This document shows positions 19,734 to 30,077 of a DNA stretch of 64,000 bases, piece after piece (the stretch's first letter is position 1; each line of letters starts with the position of its first letter). Under the pieces are notes generated by a model, which was not told the DNA's origin, made no database searches, and was given only the letters and a program-made list of their open reading frames with translations. The DNA lies in NCBI GenBank assembly GCA_035299545.1, contig DATGWJ010000024.1, positions 18,150-82,149 on the forward strand, read 5' to 3'. Both the position numbers and the translations under genes were made by a program. Source of the DNA: Minisyncoccota bacterium. GTDB taxonomy: Bacteria > Patescibacteriota > Minisyncoccia > Phycocordibacterales > UBA9973.

Positions 19734-20309
19734 TTATGATTGCCATTTCATCATAGAAGTAGATAGCGACCTTGTTTTAGTTAAACTACCATTTTTCCAG
19801 GAAATTGTTACTACAATTTTTAACTCATCTCCAACTTGGGTAATTACAATTTTCCTCTGAAAGTCAGTTTTTACTTTACCTGAATTACCCATCCCATCAT
19901 CGCTTACATAAAAAGGTGTACTATTAGCATTTTCGTCATAATATAAATACGGGCAACCATCTAAAGAAGAACATTCTACAGGTGTGACAGTTGGACTTAA
20001 TATATCAAAGTAGCACCCTGTATCTTCATTTGAACAATTAGTATATTTATTCACAAAAGTACTCCACGCTGTATCTATACTTTGAGTATTTTGAAGAAAG
20101 ACAGTTGTATCGCGGTCATTTCTGATGTAGTCTATAACCTCTTGAAGTAAGTAACTAGTAGTAATTTCATCTCTTGCATATCTTGCTGCAAATAAACTAT
20201 TCGCAACAACAGTCATCATACTGACAATAGTAAATGTAAGTATCATAACTGCAAACATTGTTTCTACTAGAGTGAATCCCTTATTATTTTTTATTATTTT
20301 TATTTTCAT
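19734..20309 (-). CDS. minor pilin (prepilin-type N-terminal methylation domain)
   Basis: KGFTLVETMFAVMILTFTIV N-terminus. Confidence 0.65.
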   Translation of the reverse strand: MKIKIIKNNKGFTLVETMFAVMILTFTIVSMMTVVANSLFAARYARDEITTSYLLQEVIDYIRNDRDTTVFLQNTQSIDTAWSTFVNKYTNCSNEDTGCYFDILSPTVTPVECSSLDGCPYLYYDENANSTPFYVSDDGMGNSGKVKTDFQRKIVITQVGDELKIVVTISWKNGSLTKTRSLSTSMMKWQS

Positions 20310-20310
20310 A

Positions 20311-20898
20311 TTAGAAATTACGTTGAGAAGCTAAAGTTTGAATAGAAAACGACACAGGAACCTCTTTCACTAAGACAGATCCTTTTACAATAATATAGAC
20401 ACTAGCTTGGGTATTATCATTATTATTAGAACCATTTACAAAGAATTTTAATTTTTCTATATCAACATCGGGTGAAACAATATCAACACAACCATTAATA
20501 TCGCATCGTTGTAGAGAGTGAGTGTTACGTTCATCATTACGGGAAGTTAGCCTATATCCTACTCGTGAAGTGGTAGTTTGCTGAGGAACAAAAGCTACAA
20601 ATGTTTCCCCTGTCGGACAATCCATACTATCTTCTAAATGAGAATCCATACTTATACCGGCTGAAGTATCCACACAATAATAATTTGTACCCATTCTTAT
20701 AGATCTTGTCATACTTTCCATAGCAAAATTCACGTTGTCCATAGCAAAGCGCAATGCTCTTGAATTCTTACCTGCATCTAATAGAACAAAAAGGGAGCTC
20801 ATAGAACCAAGCATTATTACAACAAAGATAGATGTAGCAACCATTAGTTCTATCAGAGTAAACCCGTTATTATTATTTTTTGTATTTTGTAATTTCAT
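20311..20898 (-). CDS. minor pilin (PilV/PilW-like)
   Basis: NGFTLIELMVATSIFVVIMLGS N-terminus. The coding region abuts the upstream gene with a 1-nt gap. Confidence 0.65.
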   Translation of the reverse strand: MKLQNTKNNNNGFTLIELMVATSIFVVIMLGSMSSLFVLLDAGKNSRALRFAMDNVNFAMESMTRSIRMGTNYYCVDTSAGISMDSHLEDSMDCPTGETFVAFVPQQTTTSRVGYRLTSRNDERNTHSLQRCDINGCVDIVSPDVDIEKLKFFVNGSNNNDNTQASVYIIVKGSVLVKEVPVSFSIQTLASQRNF

Positions 20899-20899
20899 A

Positions 20900-21544
20900 T
20901 TAAGAAGATACGCTTATTTGCCCATTATTGGAAATATTTATTATTTTAAAAGTACTAGGATTTGCATCTGGAGATATCTTTATCTTCATATTATATATAG
21001 TAGAAGCACTACAAGAACCTGTGCCATTTACACGGTAACAAAAATAAGGTTCAGGGTTAGGACGTTTAAATATTAAATCTACAGTAGAAGTAGAAGATAT
21101 CAGAGTGGAATCATTTACATATATTTCTGTTATTTTATCTAAACTTGTAATACTTAATAGTTCAAGACACTCATTACTAGCAGACGGACTACCACAGACA
21201 TTAGAAGAATTATCGTACCTATTATTACCACTTATATCTGCAAATAAAATAAATGATTTATTAGATCCAGAGTATATAGAAGCACTAGGATTAGCAGTAA
21301 AATGAACTCCGTATCCATCAGTGAACATTCCACTTGTCCCACGAACACCAATAGCATATCCTTGAGCTCGACGTACAGCCAGAGCAATATCGTCGGCTAA
21401 ATTCTGAATTGATAAAGATGAATTGAATTTACCGTAACTGAAAACAGTAATCCCCGATATGATCACAAAAATAGATAGCACAACTAAGAGCTCGATAAGA
21501 GTTACACCTTTATTGTATTTATTTTTATGAAAAACTTTTGACAT
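20900..21544 (-). CDS. minor pilin (FimT/GspH-like)
   Basis: KGVTLIELLVVLSIFVIISGITVFSY N-terminus. Confidence 0.65.
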   Translation of the reverse strand: MSKVFHKNKYNKGVTLIELLVVLSIFVIISGITVFSYGKFNSSLSIQNLADDIALAVRRAQGYAIGVRGTSGMFTDGYGVHFTANPSASIYSGSNKSFILFADISGNNRYDNSSNVCGSPSASNECLELLSITSLDKITEIYVNDSTLISSTSTVDLIFKRPNPEPYFCYRVNGTGSCSASTIYNMKIKISPDANPSTFKIINISNNGQISVSS

Positions 21545-21547
21545 TTA

Positions 21548-22399
21548 TTATATGCTTAAAAATCTTACTAATGAAAATAAATCAAAACTAAATAAAAATG
21601 TAATGAAAGTGCTTATTATAAGGAAAGGAGCAAATGGTATTTCCGTTTTCATATTAATTTTCCTCTTTGATAATATAATTAAAAACAAACTAACTATTGT
21701 TCCTACCCAAAATGCTACTATTACTGCAAAAACTCCAGATGATAACCCAAGCATCCAACCGATACCAAGCATAAGCTTACCATCCCCTAACCCCATAAGA
21801 CGCCCTTTTGAAAATAACCAAATGAGAATGAAAGGAAGAGCAATTGCTGGACCTGCAATTAAATTAGATAAAGAAGGTAGTATAAAAGTATGACCTACTG
21901 GAGAGTAATTTATGAATATTGAAAATAAAGAAAGAATGATGAAAGAATATGATAACTTATCTGGGATAATCTTATGTTTTAAATCGTAAACAGAAATAAC
22001 AATAAGAAGAGAAAAAATGAGCATAAATAATATTACTTGTAACATATATTCACTGTAAGAGGAATATAAAATGGGCATGAATTTGAACACTATAAATGCA
22101 AAAACAAATCCAGTTATGATTTCAACCAGAGGGTACTGATGGGAGATTCTACTTGCGCAACGACGACATTTGCCATTTTGAATAAGGAAACTAAAAACTG
22201 GAATTAGCTCGAACCATCTTAATGTATTATTACAGCTCATACATATAGACCTTCCACTTGTAATTGCTTTACTAGTATTTAACCGAAAGATAACGACATT
22301 AAGAAAGCTTCCAATAATAGTTCCAAGTAAGAAAACAAAAATAAAGACAATTATGCTCATATGTTTAATATTATACCATTCGAGTATACAAAAAACCAC
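21548..22399 (-). CDS. pilD: prepilin peptidase / N-methyltransferase (A24 family). An alternative start at MSIIVF (22360) is possible
   Basis: N-terminal Zn-binding CxxC...CxxC (CMSCNNTLRWFELIPVFSFLIQNGKCRRC) and polytopic membrane peptidase A24 body with a conserved Asp context. Confidence 0.8.
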   Translation of the reverse strand: MVFCILEWYNIKHMSIIVFIFVFLLGTIIGSFLNVVIFRLNTSKAITSGRSICMSCNNTLRWFELIPVFSFLIQNGKCRRCASRISHQYPLVEIITGFVFAFIVFKFMPILYSSYSEYMLQVILFMLIFSLLIVISVYDLKHKIIPDKLSYSFIILSLFSIFINYSPVGHTFILPSLSNLIAGPAIALPFILIWLFSKGRLMGLGDGKLMLGIGWMLGLSSGVFAVIVAFWVGTIVSLFLIILSKRKINMKTEIPFAPFLIISTFITFLFSFDLFSLVRFLSI

Positions 22400-22415
22400 T
22401 TTATAAAGTGGTTTT
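22389..22415 (-). terminator. terminator after pilin 1
   Basis: AAAAACCACTTTATAAAGTGGTTTTTTG. Confidence 0.55.
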
Positions 22416-22432
22416 TTGTACTAAATAAATTT

Positions 22433-22918
22433 TTAGCAAGTTACATCAGTTGTTGCTGTTAACATAGCAGAGGCAGATGTTTTAGCAGAACCATTAGAAT
22501 CTACGCAAAAGAAGTTCCCGTCCTTAAGGAGGACTTCTGCAGCCCAACCATTTGCAGTAGAATTGCAAATCCCTAAGGTAGAAGTTGCTGGACCAGCGTT
22601 ATCTAATGAGACTGTAGCGGAAGAGGAATTTGCTTGAGCTGCAGCTAGGACTCCTGCATTAATCCCTTTAATCGTACCTATTAATCCAGCAGGGTCACAT
22701 ACATTCGTAGCATTTGTACCTCCATCATATCTATTTGAATTTGCATCATAAAATAGCTCTGCTTGGGAGCGAGTATTGGCTAAATTCGACTTAGCTGAAG
22801 CAACTGCCCCCTTTGCACGGGCACTATTCAATGATGCAAGTACGACGGACGATAACACTCCTATAATTGCTATGACAACAAGGAGTTCTATCAAAGTAAA
22901 ACCTTTAATCTTATTCAT
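22433..22918 (-). CDS. pilA: type IV major pilin paralog 1
   Basis: MNKIKGFTLIELLVVIAIIGVLSSVVLASLNSARAKG is a canonical class-III signal and alpha1 helix. The C-terminus has a Cys pair. Confidence 0.8.
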   Translation of the reverse strand: MNKIKGFTLIELLVVIAIIGVLSSVVLASLNSARAKGAVASAKSNLANTRSQAELFYDANSNRYDGGTNATNVCDPAGLIGTIKGINAGVLAAAQANSSSATVSLDNAGPATSTLGICNSTANGWAAEVLLKDGNFFCVDSNGSAKTSASAMLTATTDVTC

Positions 22919-23060
22919 ATTTTAAAAATTATTAATAATATATTATAAAAAGGTTACTGTGCTTTTTTATATATATAATAATAACAATATATTTAAAAAA
23001 CAACAAGACAACAAAACCACCTTTATATTAAAGTGGTTTTGTTGTCTTTAATATCTAGAA

Positions 23061-23507
23061 TTAACAAGCAGTAGTTGTTGTTGCGGTAAGTTGAACAGCC
23101 GCATTTGATTGTGATGCTCCTGTTGAGTCGACACAATAATAACCACCTCCCTTGAGTGGAATTTCTGCTGCCCAAGAAGCTGCAACATCATTACATGTTC
23201 CTTCTGTGGCTGTAGTTATTGCATCATTAGCAATTGTAGCAGGTGTAGTATCAGCACTTGATGCTATTGCCCCCAACAAAATAGTGTTAATACCTCCAGC
23301 ACCAGTACATACGGTCGCATAAGTACTACCACCATCATAGAACAGTTCCGCCTGTACTCGAGAATTTGCCATACCTGATTTTACAGCAGCATCTGCTCCT
23401 TTTGTACGAGCACTATTTAAAGATGCTAAAACGACTGATGATAAGATACCGATAATTGCGATAACGACCAATAATTCAATAAGAGTGAAACCTTTGTTTT
23501 TATTCAT
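23061..23507 (-). CDS. pilA: type IV major pilin paralog 2
   Basis: MNKNKGFTLIELLVVIAIIGILSSVVLASLNSARTKGAD. It has its own terminator at 23017..23042. Confidence 0.8.
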   Translation of the reverse strand: MNKNKGFTLIELLVVIAIIGILSSVVLASLNSARTKGADAAVKSGMANSRVQAELFYDGGSTYATVCTGAGGINTILLGAIASSADTTPATIANDAITTATEGTCNDVAASWAAEIPLKGGGYYCVDSTGASQSNAAVQLTATTTTAC

Positions 23508-23638
23508 ATTTAAAAAATTAATAATAATATTTATAAAAAGATGCTTATGCTTCTTATGTGTATATTATACAAGATAAGCCATATAAAACACAAGAAGAAA
23601 AGCCACCCAAAGGTGGCTTTTCTTTCTAATAATTTTTA

Positions 23639-24115
23639 TTATGCTCCACAGTCTCCATCAGCTGTACCAGAATCTGTTCCTGAAATTGATGCCCCAGTAC
23701 TATCTACACACCAGTTACCACCACCTTTTAGTGTTGCAGACATTGCCCATGCTGATGCTTTCTGTCCTGATGTACCACCAAGAGTACATACAGGGTAAGC
23801 TCCTGAAGAATTATATATAGAAGCTACAGCCGCTGTGACAGTTGGATCAGCGAAAACAGTAGTAGCGTCTCCTGTACCTGAAGGACAAGCAGAAGAATCT
23901 GGTAGAGTAGCAATAGCAGCAGAACTATAACCACTATTTGTGTCATAGAATAACTCTGCTTGAGCACGCATATTTGCTAGACTTGATTTTGTAGCCGCAT
24001 CTGCTCCTTTTGTACGAGCACTATTTAATGATGCTAAAACAACTGATGACAAAATACCAATGATTGCAATAACAACCAAGAGTTCGATTAATGTAAAACC
24101 TTTATTTTTATTCAT
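23639..24115 (-). CDS. pilA: type IV major pilin paralog 3
   Basis: Its N-terminus is identical to paralog 2 for about 40 aa, then diverges in the C-terminal globular part. It has its own terminator at 23603..23625. Confidence 0.8.
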   Translation of the reverse strand: MNKNKGFTLIELLVVIAIIGILSSVVLASLNSARTKGADAATKSSLANMRAQAELFYDTNSGYSSAAIATLPDSSACPSGTGDATTVFADPTVTAAVASIYNSSGAYPVCTLGGTSGQKASAWAMSATLKGGGNWCVDSTGASISGTDSGTADGDCGA

Positions 24116-24262
24116 AATTTTTTCCGCTTAAGGCGGGTCCGCTTTTCACGGAAATTTTAATAATTTTGTCTTTCTTTGAAAGACACGACCTTATATTTTA
24201 ATAATACAATTATATCATAAAACCTATTTAAAAATACAATGACATTCTAGTGTGGATATCTT

Positions 24263-25474
24263 TTAATTAATACCGCCAGCAATATTGTAAATCGGCATCA
24301 ATATAGACGACAACAGAACACCCACTCCTAGTCCAAGAATGATAATCATTAATGGTTCAATCAAACTTACCATCGTATCAACTGCTTCATTTACTTCACG
24401 GCTATAAAAACGACCAAGAGTTTTCAAAATATTCCCCAATGACCCCGTCTCCTCACCCACTTTAATCATCCCAGACATAATAGATGGTATTTCTTTGTGC
24501 TTATAAAAAGCATCAGAAAGAGAACTTCCACTTTTCACCGATTCAACAACTTCATTTAATACATTCTCGTAAATACGATTCCCCACTATATTACTTGTAA
24601 GTTCTATTGATCTCACAATTGGAATACTTGATGAAAGCATTGTATCCATATTATCGGAAATTCTAGATAAATAAAGTTTACTATATATGTTTTTGAAAAT
24701 TGGAAGCGTTATCTTTAATCTATCAAAATATAATTTACCTTTAGCGGTAGTAGAATATTTGATTACATATACAATGAAAATTACTATTGCCACAAGCAAA
24801 AAGATGCCATAGTTAACAACTAAATCACTGGCTTTCATTATCACTTTTGTAAAGAAAGGAATACTTACACCTGATTCCTTAATAATTAAAGAAAGCTTAG
24901 GAATAATGAAAGTAAACATCATCACCATAACAATAACGAAAACTCCAATTACGAAAGCTGGATATATGAGTGCATTCTTTGTCTTTGAAGTTAGTTGATA
25001 CTGACGATCTAAATAATCCGCCAAGTATGCAAAGGATTGAGTTAGCTTACCTGATTCTTCTCCTGACTTCACCATGTTTACATAAAATTCAGAGAAGACT
25101 TCAGGATGTTTCGATAAAGCTACAGAAATATATACTCCACCTTTAATATCTTCAGCAACTTCACTTAATATGTGTGAAAGTATTTTGTTTTCAGTATTCT
25201 CAGAAAGTAAATTGAAGGCTTTAAGTGCAGAGACTTGTGATTCAAAGAGTGTTGACATCTGTCTAGACATCATAACTATATCCTTCATTGGTATATTTTT
25301 ACCGCCAAAGAGAGTTATGTTTAGGATACCCTTTTTCTCTCCACCTTGTTTTATGGAAGATATAATATAACCCCTGCGTTGAATTGCCGCAATAGCCAAA
25401 TCTTTGGAACTGGCATCTACAGAACCGACTTTTTTCTCACCTGTATTTGTAATTGCTTCGTAATTAAATAACAT
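24263..25474 (-). CDS. pilC: type IV pilus inner-membrane platform protein PilC (GspF family)
   Basis: 403 aa with two GspF repeats, each with three TM helices. Confidence 0.85.
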   Translation of the reverse strand: MLFNYEAITNTGEKKVGSVDASSKDLAIAAIQRRGYIISSIKQGGEKKGILNITLFGGKNIPMKDIVMMSRQMSTLFESQVSALKAFNLLSENTENKILSHILSEVAEDIKGGVYISVALSKHPEVFSEFYVNMVKSGEESGKLTQSFAYLADYLDRQYQLTSKTKNALIYPAFVIGVFVIVMVMMFTFIIPKLSLIIKESGVSIPFFTKVIMKASDLVVNYGIFLLVAIVIFIVYVIKYSTTAKGKLYFDRLKITLPIFKNIYSKLYLSRISDNMDTMLSSSIPIVRSIELTSNIVGNRIYENVLNEVVESVKSGSSLSDAFYKHKEIPSIMSGMIKVGEETGSLGNILKTLGRFYSREVNEAVDTMVSLIEPLMIIILGLGVGVLLSSILMPIYNIAGGIN

Positions 25475-25477
25475 ATA

Positions 25478-26539
25478 TTAAAACATTTGCTCTAAGGCCT
25501 TAGGATTAATAGAATACTGATACGCACTTTCTAAGCTTATCTCACCTCTTTGCACTAGGTCGATAAGACATCTGTTCATATCCATCATTCCTTCATGAGA
25601 AGACGTCTCAAGGACAGTATCTATCTCATGAGTTCTCTTCTCGCGAATAAGATTTGCAATTGCTTTGTTGTTTATGAGAAGTTCATAAGCTGGTATACGT
25701 CCACCTGCTATACGAGGGATAAGACGCTGCGAGAATATTCCAAGTAAACATGCTGCAAGCTGAAGTCGGATTTGGCCCTGCTGTTCTGCGGGGAAAGAGT
25801 CAATAATACGGTCTATCGTTTGAGAAGCGTTGTTAGTATGAAGAGTAGACAAAACCAAGTGACCCGTCTCAGCTGCTGTCACAGCAGCAGCAATAGTAGC
25901 ACTATCACGCATTTCTCCAATAAGAATAACATTTGCATCTTCTCGAAAGACAGCTTTGAGAGCACCCAGGAAACTGTCTGCATCTATACCAATTTCTCGT
26001 TGATCTATAATGGATTTATCTGGTTGATATATAAATTCAATAGGGTCTTCTATTGTAATTATATGTGATGTCTGTTCACTGTTTATAGTATTAATCATTG
26101 TAGAAAGAGTTGTAGATTTACCTTGCCCTACTGGGCCAACAACCAGGAAGAATCCTTGTTTTTTTCTAGAAAACTCCTTAAGAATTTCTGGTAAATTTAA
26201 TTCCTCAAATGATTTTGCTTTAGAGACAAGACGAATAGCAATACAAGCCATCCCTCGCTGAATAAAGGCATTCCCTCTTAATTGTACTTGCCCATCTTTT
26301 AGATTACTTGAGAAATCAATGTCTTTAGTTTCTTTAAATTTCTTAACTCTCTCAGGACCAACAAGGACATTTAATACGCCCAAAATATCTTGCTCCTTTA
26401 GTACTTCTTGGTTTACAAGCATAACTAATTGTCCATTAATACGGATAGCTGGCTTTCTTCCTACTCCTAAATGTAAGTCGGACCCATCTTCATTGATTAA
26501 ATTTTCTAACAATTCATTTAAAAATTTTTGGTAATCCAT
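25478..26539 (-). CDS. pilT: twitching-motility / retraction ATPase PilT
   Basis: Walker A GPVGQGKSTTL, Asp box, His box and an AIRNLIRE-like motif (AIANLIREKRTHEI). Confidence 0.85.
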   Translation of the reverse strand: MDYQKFLNELLENLINEDGSDLHLGVGRKPAIRINGQLVMLVNQEVLKEQDILGVLNVLVGPERVKKFKETKDIDFSSNLKDGQVQLRGNAFIQRGMACIAIRLVSKAKSFEELNLPEILKEFSRKKQGFFLVVGPVGQGKSTTLSTMINTINSEQTSHIITIEDPIEFIYQPDKSIIDQREIGIDADSFLGALKAVFREDANVILIGEMRDSATIAAAVTAAETGHLVLSTLHTNNASQTIDRIIDSFPAEQQGQIRLQLAACLLGIFSQRLIPRIAGGRIPAYELLINNKAIANLIREKRTHEIDTVLETSSHEGMMDMNRCLIDLVQRGEISLESAYQYSINPKALEQMF

Positions 26540-26540
26540 A

Positions 26541-26933
26541 TTATTCTTTTATTTTATTAATTATATTAACAACTTTATCAATGACTTCTCCTGGAGTGGT
26601 AGATGCTTTGACTATATAACCAGCTACTCCTAAGGATTCTATTTGATTTATTTCCGATGGTTGTCCTCTATTAGAGAGAAAAATGATTGAGGAATCATTG
26701 CTTAAATTTTGCTCTCTTATTTTTGCTAATAATTCAAAACCATCCATATGAGGCATTGTAATATCAATGAGGATTATTTCAGGAGAGAAACCTTGTTTGA
26801 GTTTTTCTAATGCAGGTAGAGAGCCAAGAGCAGTAGAAACATCAAAATTTGATTTACTAAATTTTAATGCGTACATATCTAAGAGAAAACTGTCATCATC
26901 TACAATTAAGATTTTCTTAGGTTCTGTTCCCAT
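26541..26933 (-). CDS. single-domain CheY-like response regulator embedded in the pilus operon
   Basis: KKILIVDDDSFLLDMY...DITMPHMDGFELLAKIR has the receiver Asp-Asp, phospho-Asp and Thr/Lys positions. There is no output domain. Confidence 0.75.
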   Translation of the reverse strand: MGTEPKKILIVDDDSFLLDMYALKFSKSNFDVSTALGSLPALEKLKQGFSPEIILIDITMPHMDGFELLAKIREQNLSNDSSIIFLSNRGQPSEINQIESLGVAGYIVKASTTPGEVIDKVVNIINKIKE

Positions 26934-27053
26934 ACTATTAGTATAACAATAATCGAGGAGCATAAGCAAATAGTTTAATAACTTTTGCTTAATGTCCGAG
27001 AGACATTATTATATAGTAATCTATATAATATAATTAAAAATATAATACTAGAA

Positions 27054-28799
27054 CTAGAAGTTATATATTTCTTGGAATGGAATATCTCCTCTTACACTTT
27101 TTATTATGGCATCTTCGCGGATAGTGAGCATTCCTCTAGAGCGAGCAAGCTTGTATAACTCTTGTTCTTGTGGCTTCTTAAGAATTAGACTCTGCATTTC
27201 TTTATCTATTTTAAACATTTCAAACAAAGCTACACGCCCTGAGAGCCCAGAGGCACTTTCCGGGCAAGGTACAGCTTCATAAATTTTATCCTTTATTTCT
27301 AATTTTGATTTATATTCTTGTGGTAAATCTGCAAATTGCTTATCTATCATAGCCCTTGTTGCTTCGTCTATTGGTATTTCGTGTCTAGAATTTGGATGAA
27401 TTCTACGAGCTAAACGCTGAGCCATACAGAGGATTAAAGTAGGAGCTATGAGGTAAGGATCTATACCCATATCAATAAGACGAGGAATTGCCCCAATAGA
27501 ATTATTGGTGTGTAGAGTAGATAGAACTAAGTGACCAGTAAGAGCGGCCTGAATGGCAAGTTCGGCTGTTTCTTTATCGCGGATTTCTCCTACTAATATA
27601 ATATTCGGATCCTGACGAAGAATAGAACGTAAACCATTTGCAAAAGTATAACCAATTTCTGGCATAACTTGTGATTGATTTACTCCATCAATTTTATATT
27701 CAATAGGATCTTCCAACGAGACTATATTTTTATCTTCTTTATCAAGCTCACTCAACATTGAGTACAAGGAAGTAGACTTACCTGAACCAGTAGGACCAGT
27801 CATTAATATTAATCCGTAAGGACGCTTCATTGCTTCTCGGATAAGAGTTTTGTTCTCTTCTGATAACCCAAGTTCATCGAGTGAACGAATTCCTTTCTGG
27901 GAATCGAGAATACGTATTGCTATTTTCTCTCCGTAATAAGCTGGCATAGTGGAAACACGAAAATCTATTTTACGATTATCGATTTTTGCAGAGAATCCAC
28001 CATCTTGTGGCTTACGCTTTTCATCCAACCTGAGCTTGGAAAGAATTTTTATACGAGCTATTACACCATTGTAAACATTGAGTGGTAAAACTATAGAAGT
28101 ATAGAGAATGCCATCTACACGAAAACGTACTTTGACTTTTTCACCGGTATTTTCAATGTGAATATCAGAAGCAAGTCCTTCTATAGCACTGCGAAGTATC
28201 ACTGCCACAATCTTTATAATTGGAGCATCAACAACAATTTTCTCTTCTTCTCCTGGTTTTAAATTATCCGAAGTTTTTAGATTTGACTCTATAACAACTC
28301 CTCCATCACCACCTGAAGTACCAGCAATTTCGGAATCCAATTCATTCAAGGCTTGATCCACTTCCATATTTGAATCCCCTTGATACAATTCTATCAACTT
28401 ATTATAGACAGAAGTTGCTATTAAAAATAATTTAAATGGTTTATTTAATTTTGCTGTAATGAAAGTAAGTGCATCAAGAGCTTGAATATTCTCAGGATCT
28501 ATAATCCCAACCTCCAAAAAGCTATCCGTCATATTGATAGGGATAAATTTATACATTCGTGCTGCATCTATTGGAATTAATTTTATTACTGATGGAGGAA
28601 CATCACGAGGATTAACATTTTTTGTTGGAATACCAAAAATTTCTCCTTTTATTTTTAGGATTTTTGCTTCATCAAAATTAAACTCGAGGAGTGCCTGATC
28701 TATGCTTCCTTCATATTTTTCTTCTGCTAGTTTGACAACCTTAATTGCTTCGTCTCCATCGAGAATACCATGTTTTACAAGCTCTTCTATGAATACCAT
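27054..28799 (-). CDS. pilB: type IV pilus assembly ATPase PilB (GspE family)
   Basis: Walker A GPTGSGKSTSL, a GspE N-terminal domain and 581 aa. Confidence 0.88.
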   Translation of the reverse strand: MVFIEELVKHGILDGDEAIKVVKLAEEKYEGSIDQALLEFNFDEAKILKIKGEIFGIPTKNVNPRDVPPSVIKLIPIDAARMYKFIPINMTDSFLEVGIIDPENIQALDALTFITAKLNKPFKLFLIATSVYNKLIELYQGDSNMEVDQALNELDSEIAGTSGGDGGVVIESNLKTSDNLKPGEEEKIVVDAPIIKIVAVILRSAIEGLASDIHIENTGEKVKVRFRVDGILYTSIVLPLNVYNGVIARIKILSKLRLDEKRKPQDGGFSAKIDNRKIDFRVSTMPAYYGEKIAIRILDSQKGIRSLDELGLSEENKTLIREAMKRPYGLILMTGPTGSGKSTSLYSMLSELDKEDKNIVSLEDPIEYKIDGVNQSQVMPEIGYTFANGLRSILRQDPNIILVGEIRDKETAELAIQAALTGHLVLSTLHTNNSIGAIPRLIDMGIDPYLIAPTLILCMAQRLARRIHPNSRHEIPIDEATRAMIDKQFADLPQEYKSKLEIKDKIYEAVPCPESASGLSGRVALFEMFKIDKEMQSLILKKPQEQELYKLARSRGMLTIREDAIIKSVRGDIPFQEIYNF

Positions 28800-28802
28800 G
28801 AA

Positions 28803-29450
28803 TTAGTTTGTAGTAAATGAGACTACATCTCCGCAAAGTGACGAACCATTAATCTTTGCGCATGCTTTGTAGAAGTAGTTCGTTTTAGGAGTAAGTCCTA
28901 AAACATTTTTAATAAATGTGCCGACAAGTGATTGCTTAACCATTGGGGTAACAGTTCCTAGTTCTAGAGTTGTACCATATTCGAAGTAGGTATCTCTAGC
29001 TCCACTTTCATTTATAGTTCCATTAAAGACAACAGTTTTATCTGTGATTTGAGTAGGTTGATCTGTGACAACCTTAGGAAGACCTGCATTAACAGGGAAA
29101 GAAACACCCATTGGCGCAAAAGGATTAATTCTTCCAGCACTTACCTTTTCTATTTTTACTGTATTATCTTTCAAACTTGTAAAAGACTTGTTTTGGAATA
29201 TCGATGTATCTATCTTTATCCTTTTAAGAGAAGCAAGTGTGGTAAGAAATGCTACATCAGATGAGATCTTATCACTTTGAGTAACGATATTATCTGTCTG
29301 TTCTACGCCAGTAGAACTTACAAGAGAACTGCCATAGGCAACAGGTAAGATTTCTGTAGAGCTTAAATCATGAGAGAAATATAAATACGCTCCACCTAAC
29401 ATAATGGCGACTGTAGATACTATTAGAAATTTATGATATGTTTTTTTCAT
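28803..29450 (-). CDS. secreted pilus-locus protein, hypothetical (PilP-like position)
   Basis: Signal/anchor MKKTYHKFLIVSTVAIMLGGAYLYF and a beta-rich C-terminus. Located between pilO and pilB. Confidence 0.4.
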   Translation of the reverse strand: MKKTYHKFLIVSTVAIMLGGAYLYFSHDLSSTEILPVAYGSSLVSSTGVEQTDNIVTQSDKISSDVAFLTTLASLKRIKIDTSIFQNKSFTSLKDNTVKIEKVSAGRINPFAPMGVSFPVNAGLPKVVTDQPTQITDKTVVFNGTINESGARDTYFEYGTTLELGTVTPMVKQSLVGTFIKNVLGLTPKTNYFYKACAKINGSSLCGDVVSFTTN

Positions 29451-29455
29451 GTTAT

Positions 29456-30076
29456 TTACTTTAACCAGTATGTTTCAACTTTTAATGTGTAACTGTATAC
29501 ATTTGGGTCAACAGAAACCCCACCCTCACTTCCACCAGAACCTTGCTGAGGGACTCTAAATGATACAGACTTTATATCGACTAAACGTAAGTTTTGTTCT
29601 AATTCTTTTAAGAATGATAGAAATGTCTCATATCTTCCTTCTATAATGAATTCCATAGGGAAAATACCATAAGGAAGATTATCAAGTTCATCATTTTCTG
29701 CCATTATTACATTATCTGCTTTATTATCACTCGCAGCATCTTTATTGCTCTCTAAATTCTTTGGATCAAATTTTATATTCCCAATAGGCATTCCGTGTAA
29801 GTTGGCAATTTTTTCAATTTCAAGAATTAAATCGATATTGCCAATACTACTAGGCAAAAAGTGAGCCAAGCGATCTTTATCTTCAGCTTTTACTTCCTTG
29901 TATACATTTATAAGTGAATCCCTTGTTTTTTGTAATTCGGTGGAATTACTTAATGCGATATTATAAGCAGACACATCTGCTCTAAGTTGCTTTATTTCTC
30001 CATAAAGAGGGTCAATGAAAACAAAGAATATGACTAGGGATATTACTATGAATATGATTGAGGAAATTAATTTCAT
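29456..30076 (-). CDS. pilO: pilus assembly protein PilO
   Basis: N-terminal TM followed by a coiled-coil (GEIKQLRADVSAYNIALSNSTELQ), then a ferredoxin-like C-terminus. Confidence 0.65.
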   Translation of the reverse strand: MKLISSIIFIVISLVIFFVFIDPLYGEIKQLRADVSAYNIALSNSTELQKTRDSLINVYKEVKAEDKDRLAHFLPSSIGNIDLILEIEKIANLHGMPIGNIKFDPKNLESNKDAASDNKADNVIMAENDELDNLPYGIFPMEFIIEGRYETFLSFLKELEQNLRLVDIKSVSFRVPQQGSGGSEGGVSVDPNVYSYTLKVETYWLK

Positions 30077-30077
30077 A

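Noticed and set aside
24116-24262. Possible sigma54 (-24/-12) promoter upstream of pilin paralog 3
   Set aside because: Only a short GC hairpin (CCGCTTAAGGCGG) was seen. There is no TGGCAC-N5-TTGCW match, and no rpoN or PilR in the window.
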